A stretch of 64,000 bases of DNA, taken from contig CAWCAV010000010.1 in assembly GCA_963793655.1 (NCBI GenBank), positions 285,455-349,454 on the forward strand, given 5' to 3'. Position numbers and translations under genes: made by a program. The stretch's first letter is position 1. Each line of letters opens with the position of its first letter. This document shows, piece after piece, positions 34,731 through 44,571 of this stretch. The notes under the pieces were generated by a model. The model saw nothing but the letters and a program-made list of their open reading frames with translations. It was not told the DNA's origin and ran no database searches. This stretch comes from an uncultured Actinomycetes bacterium. Its GTDB lineage: Bacteria; Actinomycetota; Thermoleophilia; Gaiellales; Gaiellaceae.

Positions 34731-35447
34731 GTGCTCTCTCGTCACCACACCGCGGAGGCGATCGCCGACCTCGTGCGTCTGAGGCGAGTCGAACGCGTCC
34801 TCGACCACCCGCAGGCGGACGAGCTACGGGTGGTGGGTGAGCACCTCCGCGCTCTCGTCGGGCTGACGGTTCGGCCCAGCCTGGCCGCCCGCGCTCTCGG
34901 CATCAGCCACCCGGCGCTCAGCCGCTGGCTCGAGAGCGGGGACATCGCCACGGTCATCACGCCCGAAGGGCGACGGGAGATCCCGCTCTCCGAGCTGCTC
35001 GCGCTCCTCGACGACCTCGATCAGCTGGACGAGGGCGAGCGCGAAGGGCGGCCGCTCTCGCGGGTGATCCGTGCACGCCACCGTCGGGCCGAGACAGCCG
35101 TGGACGCCGACCGCCTTCTGCCGCCCGTTCGAGCACGCGGTCACCGCCCCGCCGAGCTGCGGGCGCTGGCCTACCACCGTCTCGTCGCGGACCGCCTCGA
35201 CGAGGACCTTGTCGCCGAGGCGAGTCGTCGGATCGCTCGCTGGCGAGAGACCGGCCGTATCCATCCGTCGTGGGCCGACGCATGGGAGGACATCCTCGCG
35301 GAGCCTCTGCCCGCGATCGCGAGAGCCATCGCCTCCGACACGCCCAAGGCGCGTGAGCTACGCCAGACATCGCCGTTCGCGGGCGCGCTCAACGAGCAGG
35401 AGCGCACCCGGCTCGGCCGTGCGGTGCGGGAGCGCATCCGCTCGTGA
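34731..35447 (+). CDS. HTH-containing putative antitoxin
   Basis: SLAARALGISHPALSRW HTH; C-terminal AYHR...ELRQTSPFAG; GTGA-coupled to the NTase gene. Confidence 0.65.
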   Translation: MLSRHHTAEAIADLVRLRRVERVLDHPQADELRVVGEHLRALVGLTVRPSLAARALGISHPALSRWLESGDIATVITPEGRREIPLSELLALLDDLDQLDEGEREGRPLSRVIRARHRRAETAVDADRLLPPVRARGHRPAELRALAYHRLVADRLDEDLVAEASRRIARWRETGRIHPSWADAWEDILAEPLPAIARAIASDTPKARELRQTSPFAGALNEQERTRLGRAVRERIRS

Positions 35448-35983
35448 AGCGGGAGGAGCTCGAGCACGTCCTGAGGGCCGCAGCGGACATTGTCGAGGAT
35501 GAGCTCGTCGTGATCGGGAGCCAGGCGATCCTCGCCGAGCACCCGAACGCCCCGGCGTCACTCCTCCGCTCGGTCGAGGTCGACCTCTATCCGTTGACGC
35601 AGCCGGAGCGGGCCGACGAGATCGACGGCGCGCTCGGCGACGGCTCGCGTTTCCACGAGACCTACGAGTACTACGCGCATGGCGTCGGGCCCGAGACCGC
35701 CATCGCCCCGGCCGGGTGGCAGGGGCGGACGCTCCGTCTGGAGCTTCCCCCGATCCGGCGCACGCGCGAGAACGTCGTGGCCTGGTGCATGGCTTCGCAC
35801 GACCTCGTGCTGGCGAAGCTGGCTGCTGGACGCCTGCACGACCTCGAGTTCGCCGTTGACGCCATCCGTGAGGGGCTCGTCGACCGCCAGCAGCTCGAGC
35901 TGGGAGTCGCGCTGATGCCCGAGAGTCACCGCGAGGCCACGCGGGATCGACTGGCGATTGCGCTCGCGCGCACGAACGCATGA
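35444..35983 (+). CDS. DUF6036-like nucleotidyltransferase (putative toxin)
   Basis: VVIGSQA...SVEVDL pol-beta-type motif; DLVLAKL..R..D. Confidence 0.72.
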   Translation: MKREELEHVLRAAADIVEDELVVIGSQAILAEHPNAPASLLRSVEVDLYPLTQPERADEIDGALGDGSRFHETYEYYAHGVGPETAIAPAGWQGRTLRLELPPIRRTRENVVAWCMASHDLVLAKLAAGRLHDLEFAVDAIREGLVDRQQLELGVALMPESHREATRDRLAIALARTNA

Positions 35984-36005
35984 GACGCAGCCCACCAGCA
36001 GGCGG

Positions 36006-37584
36006 CTACTCTCGCTCGCCCAGAGCGACCGCGAGCGACCGACACAGGGTTTCGTGCGCCTCGAGCTCGCGCTCGACGGGAGCGAGGACGAGGTCGTCGG
36101 CGACCGCCTCGATCCCCGGTCGCAGCGCGCGCGCCGCCGCCCGCCGCCGGCGGCGGGCGCCCACGGCGTTGAGAGCTCGGGTGCCGAACGAGAGGACCAC
36201 GCCCAGCACGAGCCCGCCGAGCACGAGCCACGTTGCGATCGGCGCTCCGCCGAGCTCCGGCAGGGGTACGACATCTTCGATGTGCAGGTAGCCGGCTACG
36301 CCGGCGAGCGCGATCCAGAGAGTGCCGACGACTGCCGCGGCGACGAGGAGCCACTGGAGGAGAGATGCCGCGCGCCACCAGCGAGGTGCACGGGTGTCGA
36401 GCTTCGCAGAGCCGACCGCCTGGTCGAGCCGATCGACAACGCGCGCTGTCGCCGGCCGAAGCGGCGCGGCGGACGAGTGTCGGCCAGGGTGCGGGAAGCC
36501 CTTCGCTCGCACTGTCGGCGACCTGACGTACGGCGGTGGCGACCTGTGCCAGCTGCACGTCCGACGCGGGCGGAAGGGAGGTTCTGCCTACGCCGGCCGC
36601 CCCATCGCCGAGGCGCAGGCGACGGAGAGGGTCGGGCTTCAGGCGACGCACCCAGCGGGCGAGGGGCCAGCCGCTCGCCAACGCTCCGCGGTGGCGGTGC
36701 GCTTCGCCGACGGCCTCGACGACCCGTGGGACTCCGGCCGCTTCGGCGAGGGCGGTCACCAGCGCCTCTCGATCGGTGCGCTCGACGCGTGTCCGCCCCG
36801 AGGAGCCGCACCAGCGGCGGAGCGAGGCCGCCGCTGCTGCCGCGTCCGCCGAGAGGCGCTCGACGGCTGCCTTCCGCGAGGCGACGCGACGGGCCAGAAG
36901 CCCACGGAGCTCGTCGACGCCGGCACCCGTTCTCGCCGAGACGACGAGGACGGGCGACTCGTCCAGCCCGTCCTCCGTGAGCAGGCGAGCGGTGTCGCGT
37001 CGCAACGCGTCGATCTCCTCCGGAGGGAGGAGGTCGGCCTGGTTGAGGACGACGGCCATCGACTCGTCGTGGGCGGCGAGCGGCCGGAGGTAGCCGTCGT
37101 GAAGCGCGGCGTCTGCGTACTTCTGCGGCTCGACGACCCAGACGAGGAGATCCGCGAGCTCGACGATCCTGTCCACCTCGAGCCGGTGCGCAGCCTCGAC
37201 GGAGTCGAAGTCGGGCAGGTCGAGAAGCACCAGGCCGCTCAGTCCGTCCTCGTCCAGGCGATGACGCCTCTTGATCTCGAGCCAGTCGAGCAGGGCATCC
37301 GCACCGTCGCCCCAGACCGCCGCCTGCCCCGTCGACGTCGTCGGCCTGCGCCGCCCGACGGCCGCGAGCTCTGTTCCGCTCAGGGTGTTGAAGAGCAGCG
37401 ACTTGCCGGCGCCCGTGGGGCCGACGAGCGCGACGACGGTCGACTCGACCCCGAGGCCGAGCCGCGCTTCCGCCTTCTCGGTCACGCGCCGCGCGCGCTC
37501 GACTGCCTCTGGATCGAGCCGTCCGTCCGCGACGAGGACGGCCTCTGCCAACGCGGCCAGGCGCCGGTCGAGCGCGAGGCTCAC
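36006..37584 (-). CDS. Dynamin-like/YfjP-type GTPase with C-terminal TM helices, frameshift near 36440
   Basis: GPTGAGKS, RPTT, DLPDFDS, QKYAD, LNQAD. Confidence 0.85.
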
Positions 37585-39302
37585 GATGCCCGTCGAACGC
37601 CGTCGATCGCGCTGTGGAGGCGTGCGACGGCCTCCGGCTCGGGGGCCTTGCCGTCGAGCACTGCGGCGAAGCGCTCGGTCTCGTCTCGAAGCAGATTGTC
37701 GACCCGTTCCGTGAGGTCGTCGCGGGCTCGTGCCGCGAGGGAGCGCACCGCCTGGTCGCCCAGGAGCGCCTCGAGGAGCTTGTGCCCGACGGCCGACGTG
37801 CCACCGGCGACGACCGCCTCGAGGCCCGTGATCCCGCCCGTGCTCGCGAAGACCGCCAGCATCACCGTGAGCCCGGCCCCGTTCACGCCGAGCGAGGCGA
37901 GTCGCGCGGTCGTGCGCTTCGCGGCCCCCTCCGTCCGGACGAGGTCCATGACGTACCCCTGCCAGGCGCGCACCTGCTCGCGCGTGTCGTCGCGAAGCTC
38001 GTCGGACGCACGCGTGAGCCCGGGCGCGCCATCGACGAGCGCCCTCCCCGCAGGGCTCTCGCTCCAGGCGTGTGCGGCACGCTCCGCAGCGCGCTCGGCC
38101 GCTGCGCGGACGACCGCCTCGAGCCGGTGCTCGACTGCCTCTCGAAGCTGCTCCCCGGCCGGCTCGCGACCCGTGACGAGGCTCGTCAGTCGATCCCGCA
38201 CCGCCGCGAGTCGCGTCTGCAGCTCTCGCATGAGGTCGCCGGTGCCGACCACCTCGTGCCACCGGGCGACGACCTCGCCTCGAAGGAGCGAGCCGCTCCG
38301 AAGCGCATCCTCGACATCCTGGCGCGCAGAGGCGTACGCGAGATCCGCCGCCGCGCGGAGGTCCGCCGCCGCCGCAAGCTGCTCCGAAGCCGCCCGCTCA
38401 ACCGCGCCCGCACGAGCGGGAAGGCTGCGCAGGGCGCCGCTCAGCGTTCTGCGAATCAGGTCGCCCCGCGCCTCGGCGTCTGCGGCAAGAGCGTCGAGCC
38501 ACCGTCGCACCGGGGCGAGCTCCGCCGCCGGCAGGCGCCCCTCCTCGAGCCGTGTCTCCCCGACGACGAGCAGCACGGCGTCGATCCGCTCTTCCCGGAT
38601 CATCTCCCCGAGGTGCGCCGTCACCTCGCGCTCGGCGTCGTCCGGGACGCGATTGAGCACGATCGAGAGCGCCGTGCCCCGCTCTCGTGCCGTTGCGAGG
38701 AATTCCCACGGCACGGCGTCCGCGTAGCGCGCTGCCGTGGTCACGAACAGCCAGGCGTCGGCGGCTGCGAGAAGCTGTGTCGCCAGCGCGCGGTTCTCGG
38801 CGAGCACGGAGTCGATGTCCGGCGAGTCGAGAAGCGCGAGACCCGGTTGGAGCTCCGGCGCCGGCACGACCAGGAGCGTGCCGGGCGTCGGGGCGCCGCC
38901 CGTCACTCTCGGCAGGCCGGGCAGGATCCGGTCGCCCTCGAACCAGCGCACGTCGTCGGGGTGGCAGACGAGAACCGGCCCGCGCGTCGTGGGCCGGAGC
39001 ACGCCCGATGGGCTGACCTCCGCGCCGACGAGGCTGTTGAGAATCGTGGACTTCCCGGCGCCGGTCGACCCGCCGACGACCATGAGAACCGGCGCGTCCA
39101 TCTGATCCAGGCGCGGCAGGAGGTAGTCGTCGGTCTGGCCGACGATGTCGTCCCGCGCGGCACGGGCCCGACCCGAGTCCGGGAGCTCGAGCTGGAGCCG
39201 GAGCGCGGCGAGGTCGTCGCGGAGCCGGCGCAGGGCGTCGGGAAGCTCGGGTCTCAAGGTCGCGGTTCGCGGGAGGACGGGGGGCATCATCGCATCGTTC
39301 AT
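37581..39302 (-). CDS. Dynamin family GTPase
   Basis: GSTGAGKS, RPTT, DSPDIDS, ARYAD, LNRV; helical C-terminus. Confidence 0.88.
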   Translation of the reverse strand: MNDAMMPPVLPRTATLRPELPDALRRLRDDLAALRLQLELPDSGRARAARDDIVGQTDDYLLPRLDQMDAPVLMVVGGSTGAGKSTILNSLVGAEVSPSGVLRPTTRGPVLVCHPDDVRWFEGDRILPGLPRVTGGAPTPGTLLVVPAPELQPGLALLDSPDIDSVLAENRALATQLLAAADAWLFVTTAARYADAVPWEFLATARERGTALSIVLNRVPDDAEREVTAHLGEMIREERIDAVLLVVGETRLEEGRLPAAELAPVRRWLDALAADAEARGDLIRRTLSGALRSLPARAGAVERAASEQLAAAADLRAAADLAYASARQDVEDALRSGSLLRGEVVARWHEVVGTGDLMRELQTRLAAVRDRLTSLVTGREPAGEQLREAVEHRLEAVVRAAAERAAERAAHAWSESPAGRALVDGAPGLTRASDELRDDTREQVRAWQGYVMDLVRTEGAAKRTTARLASLGVNGAGLTVMLAVFASTGGITGLEAVVAGGTSAVGHKLLEALLGDQAVRSLAARARDDLTERVDNLLRDETERFAAVLDGKAPEPEAVARLHSAIDGVRRAS

Positions 39303-39475
39303 GGGGGATCCGCGATCCGGGCGAATCCGCGACGAACCGTTGGACACGTTCCGCAACGTCGCCCGACGAGGAACGGGACGCGTTGAAGGCATGCATCAGG
39401 GCACCGAACAGCAGGTCGAAGCCAAGCCGCTGGCTCCGAACCAGCGCCGCGGTCACGTCCGCTGGCTCGACGCAT
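39299..39475 (-). CDS. Putative small Cys-rich protein (58 aa)
   Basis: GGAGGAGG RBS, CPDAC...CGTC, ATGA overlap with dynamin start. Confidence 0.4.
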   Translation of the reverse strand: MRRASGRDRGAGSEPAAWLRPAVRCPDACLQRVPFLVGRRCGTCPTVRRGFARIADPP

Positions 39476-39621
39476 CAAGCACCTCCTCCGCCGCCAGCGA
39501 TCGCTTCTAGCCGTTTGCGCCTTCTCGACCGGAATCCGGGGCGCGCCGCCTGCCAAACGTCGCGCAACGTAGGGCTGCGGCGAGCCTTGGACGTGCTCTG
39601 GGCGCGAGCCGCCAGCCGCTC

Positions 39622-39725
39622 CTAGCGCATCGCGAGGCGCTGCTGAACGAGCTGGATCGCCATCGACCCTTCGCCGACCGCCGAAAGCGTGCGCCGCCGT
39701 CGGGACGGTATCCCGACCGAATATC
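39622..39725 (-). pseudogene. C-terminal remnant of a thioredoxin-reductase-like gene
   Basis: DIRSG...SAVGEGSMAIQLVQQRL* resembles the TrxB C-terminal motif; no upstream body. Confidence 0.55.
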
Positions 39726-39773
39726 GTTGCGGCGACGCGGCTGCGCGGACAGTGCCGTGGTTAGCCTGCGGCG

Positions 39774-40778
39774 ATGCGCTGGCTCTCGCGGCTCGCAGCG
39801 TCTCGCGCCGCCCGTGTCGGCGCCGTGCTCGTCGCGATCGGCGCGCTCCTCCTCACCGCAGAGCTTCTCCTCCGAGGCGGCGAGCAGGCCGCGCCTCCCC
39901 CGCCCGCTCCTGCCCCAACGGCGCCCCCGCCGACAACGCCCGTGCCACCCTCGCCGTCTCCACCACCGACGGCGCCACCGCCTCCGCCGCCCGAGCCCAC
40001 GCCTCCACCGCCCGCGTCGGTGGCGTTTTCGTGGAGGTCGGCCGGTGCGCTCGTGTGGCACGAGACCGACGTCGAGCCGACCCTGCTCGGCCGCATCCTG
40101 CGCGAGGCGGGGTTCGGTTGGGTCGCGGTGCGGGTGCAGGACGGGACGGTCGAGGATCCGGTGGAGGCCGACTGGGTCTACCGCTTCCGGCTCGCGAGCG
40201 GCCTGCCGGTGGGCGGCTGGGGCGTTCTCCGCACCGAGCCCGAGGCTGAGGCCAGGCTCGGGAGCGAGCTCGTGACGCGCTACGGGCTCGACTTCTACGT
40301 GGCCAATCCGGAGGTCGAGTACGAGTTCAGCGGCGCCGACGGTCCGAGCGACGAGCGAAGCGGACGGTCGAGCCGCTTCGTCGGGACGTTCCGAACGCTG
40401 AGGCCGTCGCCGTTCCCGCTCGGTCTCTCCTCCTATTGCCGGCCAGACCATCACGACATCGACTGGGCAGCCTGGCGCGGTGTGGACGCAGTCTTCCTGC
40501 CACAGGCGTATGTGAACGACATCGGCGCGGAGGGCTCACCGCCTGCGTGCGTCGCCGCGTCGCGCGGTGTCTTCGCGCGGGACGTCATCCACCCGACGAT
40601 CGGCATGCACATCGGTCTTCGGGGCACCGTGGACGTCGCGACGTACGTCGACCTTCTCGCACGCGCCGGGACGGTCGGCTTCTCGGTCTACCTCGCCGAG
40701 ACCCGGATGACCGACGCGGACTGGCGCGCGCTCGGCGCGGCGATCGACCAACGAGGGATCGCGGCGAGACCGGGATGA
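39774..40778 (+). CDS. Membrane-anchored Pro-rich protein with putative glycoside hydrolase-like barrel
   Basis: N-terminal TM, long Pro linker, GFGWVAVRV, GGWG, ANPEVEYE, FLPQAY. Confidence 0.6.
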   Translation: MRWLSRLAASRAARVGAVLVAIGALLLTAELLLRGGEQAAPPPPAPAPTAPPPTTPVPPSPSPPPTAPPPPPPEPTPPPPASVAFSWRSAGALVWHETDVEPTLLGRILREAGFGWVAVRVQDGTVEDPVEADWVYRFRLASGLPVGGWGVLRTEPEAEARLGSELVTRYGLDFYVANPEVEYEFSGADGPSDERSGRSSRFVGTFRTLRPSPFPLGLSSYCRPDHHDIDWAAWRGVDAVFLPQAYVNDIGAEGSPPACVAASRGVFARDVIHPTIGMHIGLRGTVDVATYVDLLARAGTVGFSVYLAETRMTDADWRALGAAIDQRGIAARPG

Positions 40779-40946
40779 CCTTCCGCCTCGGCTGTGCGCT
40801 TCGACCCGTCGACGGTCCGCGAGCTGAGCGCTCGAACCAGCCGAAGATCAGGCTTGTGACGCCTATTCCCCACGACGCGAAGCGCGCGGTGACCGCCGCT
40901 CGCCGCTTCCACCAGGTTGGTCGGGTGCGCTCGCTACGGTAGGGCC

Positions 40947-41678
40947 GTGACGGGGAACCTCCTCCACGGCTGGCGCGTGGAGGAGTACGGCCGCTCGCGG
41001 GACGGCGTCGCCCTGCGGGCGTTCCTGCCGGCAGGAAGCGGCCCGACCGCAGGTCTGCTGGTCGCGGCCCAGCACGGCGAGGAGGCGGTGACGGCCCTGC
41101 TCGCACGTCGCCTGCTCGAGCGGGTCTCGGGAGACGCGACTCGCTGGGTGGTGGTGCCCGTCGCCAACCCGGATGGGCTGATCAACGGCACGAGGCAGAA
41201 CGCGGCCGGAGTCGACCTGAACCGCAATTTTCCTGCCGCGACGTGGCGATCGGACGACTCGTTCACGTATCCGCCCGGGATCGAGGATGAACGGCGAGTG
41301 GTCGCGAACCGCACGAATCTCTCCACACCGGGCGAGCACCCCGGTTCGGAGCCCGAGACGCAGGCGCTGATGAGCTTCGTCGAGCGCGTGCAGCCGCCGC
41401 TCGTGATCGACGTCCACAGCCCTCTCGAGCTCCTGCTTCCGCGCGGCGATGTCCCTCCGGCCATCGTCGAGTCGCTGAGCCGTGCTGCCGACCTGCCGAT
41501 CGTCGACGACGTCGGGGGGCCGTGCCCAGGCGCGTTCGACGACTGGCTCCTCGAGGTCGGGATTCCGGCGATCGTCTACGAGGTCGAGCACGCCGGGCTG
41601 CCCGCCCTCTGTGCTCGTCACCTGCCCGGTCTCGAGGCGCTTCTGCGCTCCCCGAACGGCGGCGTCAGACCATCCTGA
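40947..41678 (+). CDS. M14 zinc carboxypeptidase (MpaA-like)
   Basis: QHGEE, NPDG, RQNAAGVDLNRNF, SEPET, IDVHS. Confidence 0.88.
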   Translation: MTGNLLHGWRVEEYGRSRDGVALRAFLPAGSGPTAGLLVAAQHGEEAVTALLARRLLERVSGDATRWVVVPVANPDGLINGTRQNAAGVDLNRNFPAATWRSDDSFTYPPGIEDERRVVANRTNLSTPGEHPGSEPETQALMSFVERVQPPLVIDVHSPLELLLPRGDVPPAIVESLSRAADLPIVDDVGGPCPGAFDDWLLEVGIPAIVYEVEHAGLPALCARHLPGLEALLRSPNGGVRPS

Positions 41679-42611
41679 CCGGCCCCGGTCGGCGGCGCCG
41701 GGGAGGCCGGACGTACTCGACCCGGGTCACTGCCGCCCGCTTGTGCGTCGTCAGCTCCCCGGTGTAGGGCGCGTCGAAGGTGCCCGAGGTCGGCGGCACG
41801 TCGCAGTAGTCGCGTCCGACCGCGACGGTGAGGTAACGCAGGCCGGCGCGGCGGTCGTGGGTGGGGTCGATGGGAACGGCGCGCAACGCCTCCCCGTCCT
41901 GTGGATGCTGGACGAGCACCTCCACCCACGCGTGCGTGCCCCCGTCGCCGAGCACGTGGCCGGAGACGTACCGGGCGGGCAACCCGCACAGCCGGCAGAG
42001 AGCCAGCATGCAGTGCGCGTAGTCCTGGCAGACCCCGATACCGCCCGCCCACGCCTCCGCCGCGGTCGTCGTGACCGCGGTCACACCCCAGCGGTACTCG
42101 AGGTGCTCGTAGACGCGGCGGCTGATCCGTTCGGCGAGCTCGAGGCCCAGCGCGCCGGTGCTGCGGAGCTCATCGGCCACCGCGCGCAGGGCGTCGTCGG
42201 GGCGGGTGAGCCGCGAGGTGTCGGCGAAGCGCTGGTCGAAGGAGATCGCGTCGGGCGCGTCCTTGCCGTCGACCGCGGCCTCGCGCTCGACGACGGCCCA
42301 CGTCGTGAACGTCGCCTCGCGCTCCACGTGCTCAAGGCTGAGGTCGAGGACGACGTTCCCGAACGTGTCGTACGAGCGCTCGGTGTCGACGTCGCAGCCC
42401 GAGACGCGGATCTTGTGCGTGAGCAGGCGCTGGTCTTCGTGGTAGTCGGGCGGTACGACCATGAGCCGGTGACGCAGCGCCGTGATCGGTCCCGGATACT
42501 CGTAGGAGAAGCTCTGCTGGATCAGGACGGTCGTCTGCCGGACGTTCGGCCAGTCGATCTCGTCGTCGTCGATGCTGCCGAGCGTGGCGATCAGGTCGCC
42601 GAGCGTCTCAT
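41665..42611 (-). CDS. Transglutaminase family protein 3 (start uncertain)
   Basis: GVCQDYAH, THAWVE, IDPT, GRDY. Confidence 0.9.
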
Positions 42612-43468
42612 TGGTCGCGGCGGGCCTCCAGCACGAGCGGCTCCACCGCCAGCTCGGCATCGTCGGGCACCTCGTCCGTCCAGACGGCCATGCGCCGCAG
42701 GCTAGCGGGGCCGTAGGTCGTCACCATGGCGACGTCGACGGCGTCGCGGCCGCGGCCGATCGGCAGCCGCCCGATGCGGGGGGTGTTGAAGCGCGCGTCG
42801 AACGTCCACCAGCTCGAGCCGAGCCACACCTCGAACCAGGCATGGAAGTCCATCGGCGGATACGGGCCGGGGATGCCGATGTCGGGCATGTAGCCGAAGA
42901 CGTAGCGGGCGGGGATGCCGAGTGCCCGGCAGAACGTCACGCCCAGATGGGCGAAGTCGCGGCACATACCGCCGCGCCGCTCGAAGACCTCGAGCGTGGT
43001 CGTGGCGGGCACGCTCTCGACGCCGTACGCGACGTTGCCGTGGATCCAGTCGCACACCGCCTGCACGCGCTCCACCCCCGGCGCGGTGCCGCCGAAGAGC
43101 TTCCACGCCCGGTCGGACATCGTGTCGGACTCGCAGAGCCTGCTCGCGAGCAGCCAGTGGAGCAGCTCGTCGGGGAGCGCCTCGACGCGGTGTTGCACGT
43201 CGTCCGGACCGGGCACGGGATCAGGGTCGGGCGCAACGGTCACCAGTGCGTCGTACGAGAACGTGGAGACTCCCTCCGGAAGCAGGAGGCGGCGGCAGCG
43301 GTTGCCGTAGAGGTCGACGAAGCTCGTCGCCTCGACCGCCGGCTCGCTGCTCCAGCGCTCGGCGACGATGCCGCCCGCCGCTTCGAAATGCGGCTCGACG
43401 AGCACGACCGCCGCGGTGGGACTCGACGCCTCGTGCTCGAACCGGCAGCCCAGCCGTAGCCTCATCAT
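42608..43468 (-). CDS. Transglutaminase family protein 2
   Basis: GMCRDFAH, DFHAWFE, FDAR, GRDAVD. Confidence 0.92.
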   Translation of the reverse strand: MMRLRLGCRFEHEASSPTAAVVLVEPHFEAAGGIVAERWSSEPAVEATSFVDLYGNRCRRLLLPEGVSTFSYDALVTVAPDPDPVPGPDDVQHRVEALPDELLHWLLASRLCESDTMSDRAWKLFGGTAPGVERVQAVCDWIHGNVAYGVESVPATTTLEVFERRGGMCRDFAHLGVTFCRALGIPARYVFGYMPDIGIPGPYPPMDFHAWFEVWLGSSWWTFDARFNTPRIGRLPIGRGRDAVDVAMVTTYGPASLRRMAVWTDEVPDDAELAVEPLVLEARRDQ

Positions 43469-44571
43469 GCGTCGCCCTCCCGATGCTGCTGCTGCTGCTG
43501 CGGCTGCTGACTCGGGGGCCCGTCCTCCGGCCGTAGCTGCGCTCGCGGCGGCGGCAGCTCATCGACCCAGAGCGTCTCGGTCCTCCCGCCCATCGCCTGC
43601 GTCATCACCGCGCCGCGCTGGAATTGCCGCATCGCGCCGAGGTTCTGGATCGCGACCAGCCTGGCGGTGGGCTCGTCGTCGACGCGCAGGTGCGGCGCTG
43701 GACCGAGCCCTCCGAGCGACTCGCAGGTCACCTCCACCTCGAGCTCCGCGTGGCCGCCGCCCTGGTAGGTGCCGCGCAGCACCGCGACGTCGGCGTAGTC
43801 GCGTCCCACGCCCAGCTTGACATGTCGCCCCGTGCACGGCGTGCCGAGCGTCGCGTCGATACCGAGCCAGCCGTAGGGCGGGACGTACGCCTCGGCCCAG
43901 GCGTGCGAGGCGCTCGCAACGGCGACGCCGCCGAGGTAGCCGCTGACGTAGCGAGCCGGCAGGCCCGCGTGGCGGCAGAGCGAGATCAGCACGTGCGCGA
44001 AGTCCTGGCAGACGCCGGATCCCCCGGCGAGCACCTCGGCGACGGAGCTCTCGACGGTCGTGGTGCCGATCCGGTACTCGAGCCGTGCGCGCACGTGGTC
44101 GGCGGCGCGTGTGAGAAAGGCGAGCGCGCTCGTCTCCGGATCCTCGGCGAGGAGCGCCTCGGCGACAGCGGCCGACTCGTCCGCGAGCGGGACGTAGGCG
44201 CTCGGGCCGAGGAACTCGGCGAGGTCGTCCGCCAGCGCCTCGTTGCCCACGAGCTCCCGGATCGAGGGCGACGCGTCCGGCTCGCCCTCGGCCGGGCCGG
44301 CGAGAGGCTCGTCGGCGTCCGCGTGGGTGACGACGTCGCTCGTCGCCTCGATCACGAGGCGGTCGTGCAGGTACGCGACGCCGAAGTCGTGGACGGCATT
44401 GCCGTAGTAGTCCCGAAACGAGATCACGGTCGCGGGCGGCTCGATCAGGAGGTCGAAGTCGAGCAGGGTCTGCTTCGCGCCGGCGAGCGGCTGCAGCCGC
44501 ACCTCGTTGAAGCTCTCGAAGACCTCGCTCGCGTAGCGGTAGCTCGTCCGGTGGCGGATCCGGTACCTCAC
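43465..44571 (-). CDS. Transglutaminase family protein 1 with Gln-rich C-terminal extension
   Basis: YRIRHRTSYRY N-domain, GVCQDFAH, SHAWAE, GRDYADV; tail SQQPQQQQQH. Confidence 0.92.
   Translation of the reverse strand: MRYRIRHRTSYRYASEVFESFNEVRLQPLAGAKQTLLDFDLLIEPPATVISFRDYYGNAVHDFGVAYLHDRLVIEATSDVVTHADADEPLAGPAEGEPDASPSIRELVGNEALADDLAEFLGPSAYVPLADESAAVAEALLAEDPETSALAFLTRAADHVRARLEYRIGTTTVESSVAEVLAGGSGVCQDFAHVLISLCRHAGLPARYVSGYLGGVAVASASHAWAEAYVPPYGWLGIDATLGTPCTGRHVKLGVGRDYADVAVLRGTYQGGGHAELEVEVTCESLGGLGPAPHLRVDDEPTARLVAIQNLGAMRQFQRGAVMTQAMGGRTETLWVDELPPPRAQLRPEDGPPSQQPQQQQQHREGDA

Noticed and set aside
39895-40015. C-rich low-complexity repeat
   Set aside because: Encodes a Pro-rich linker
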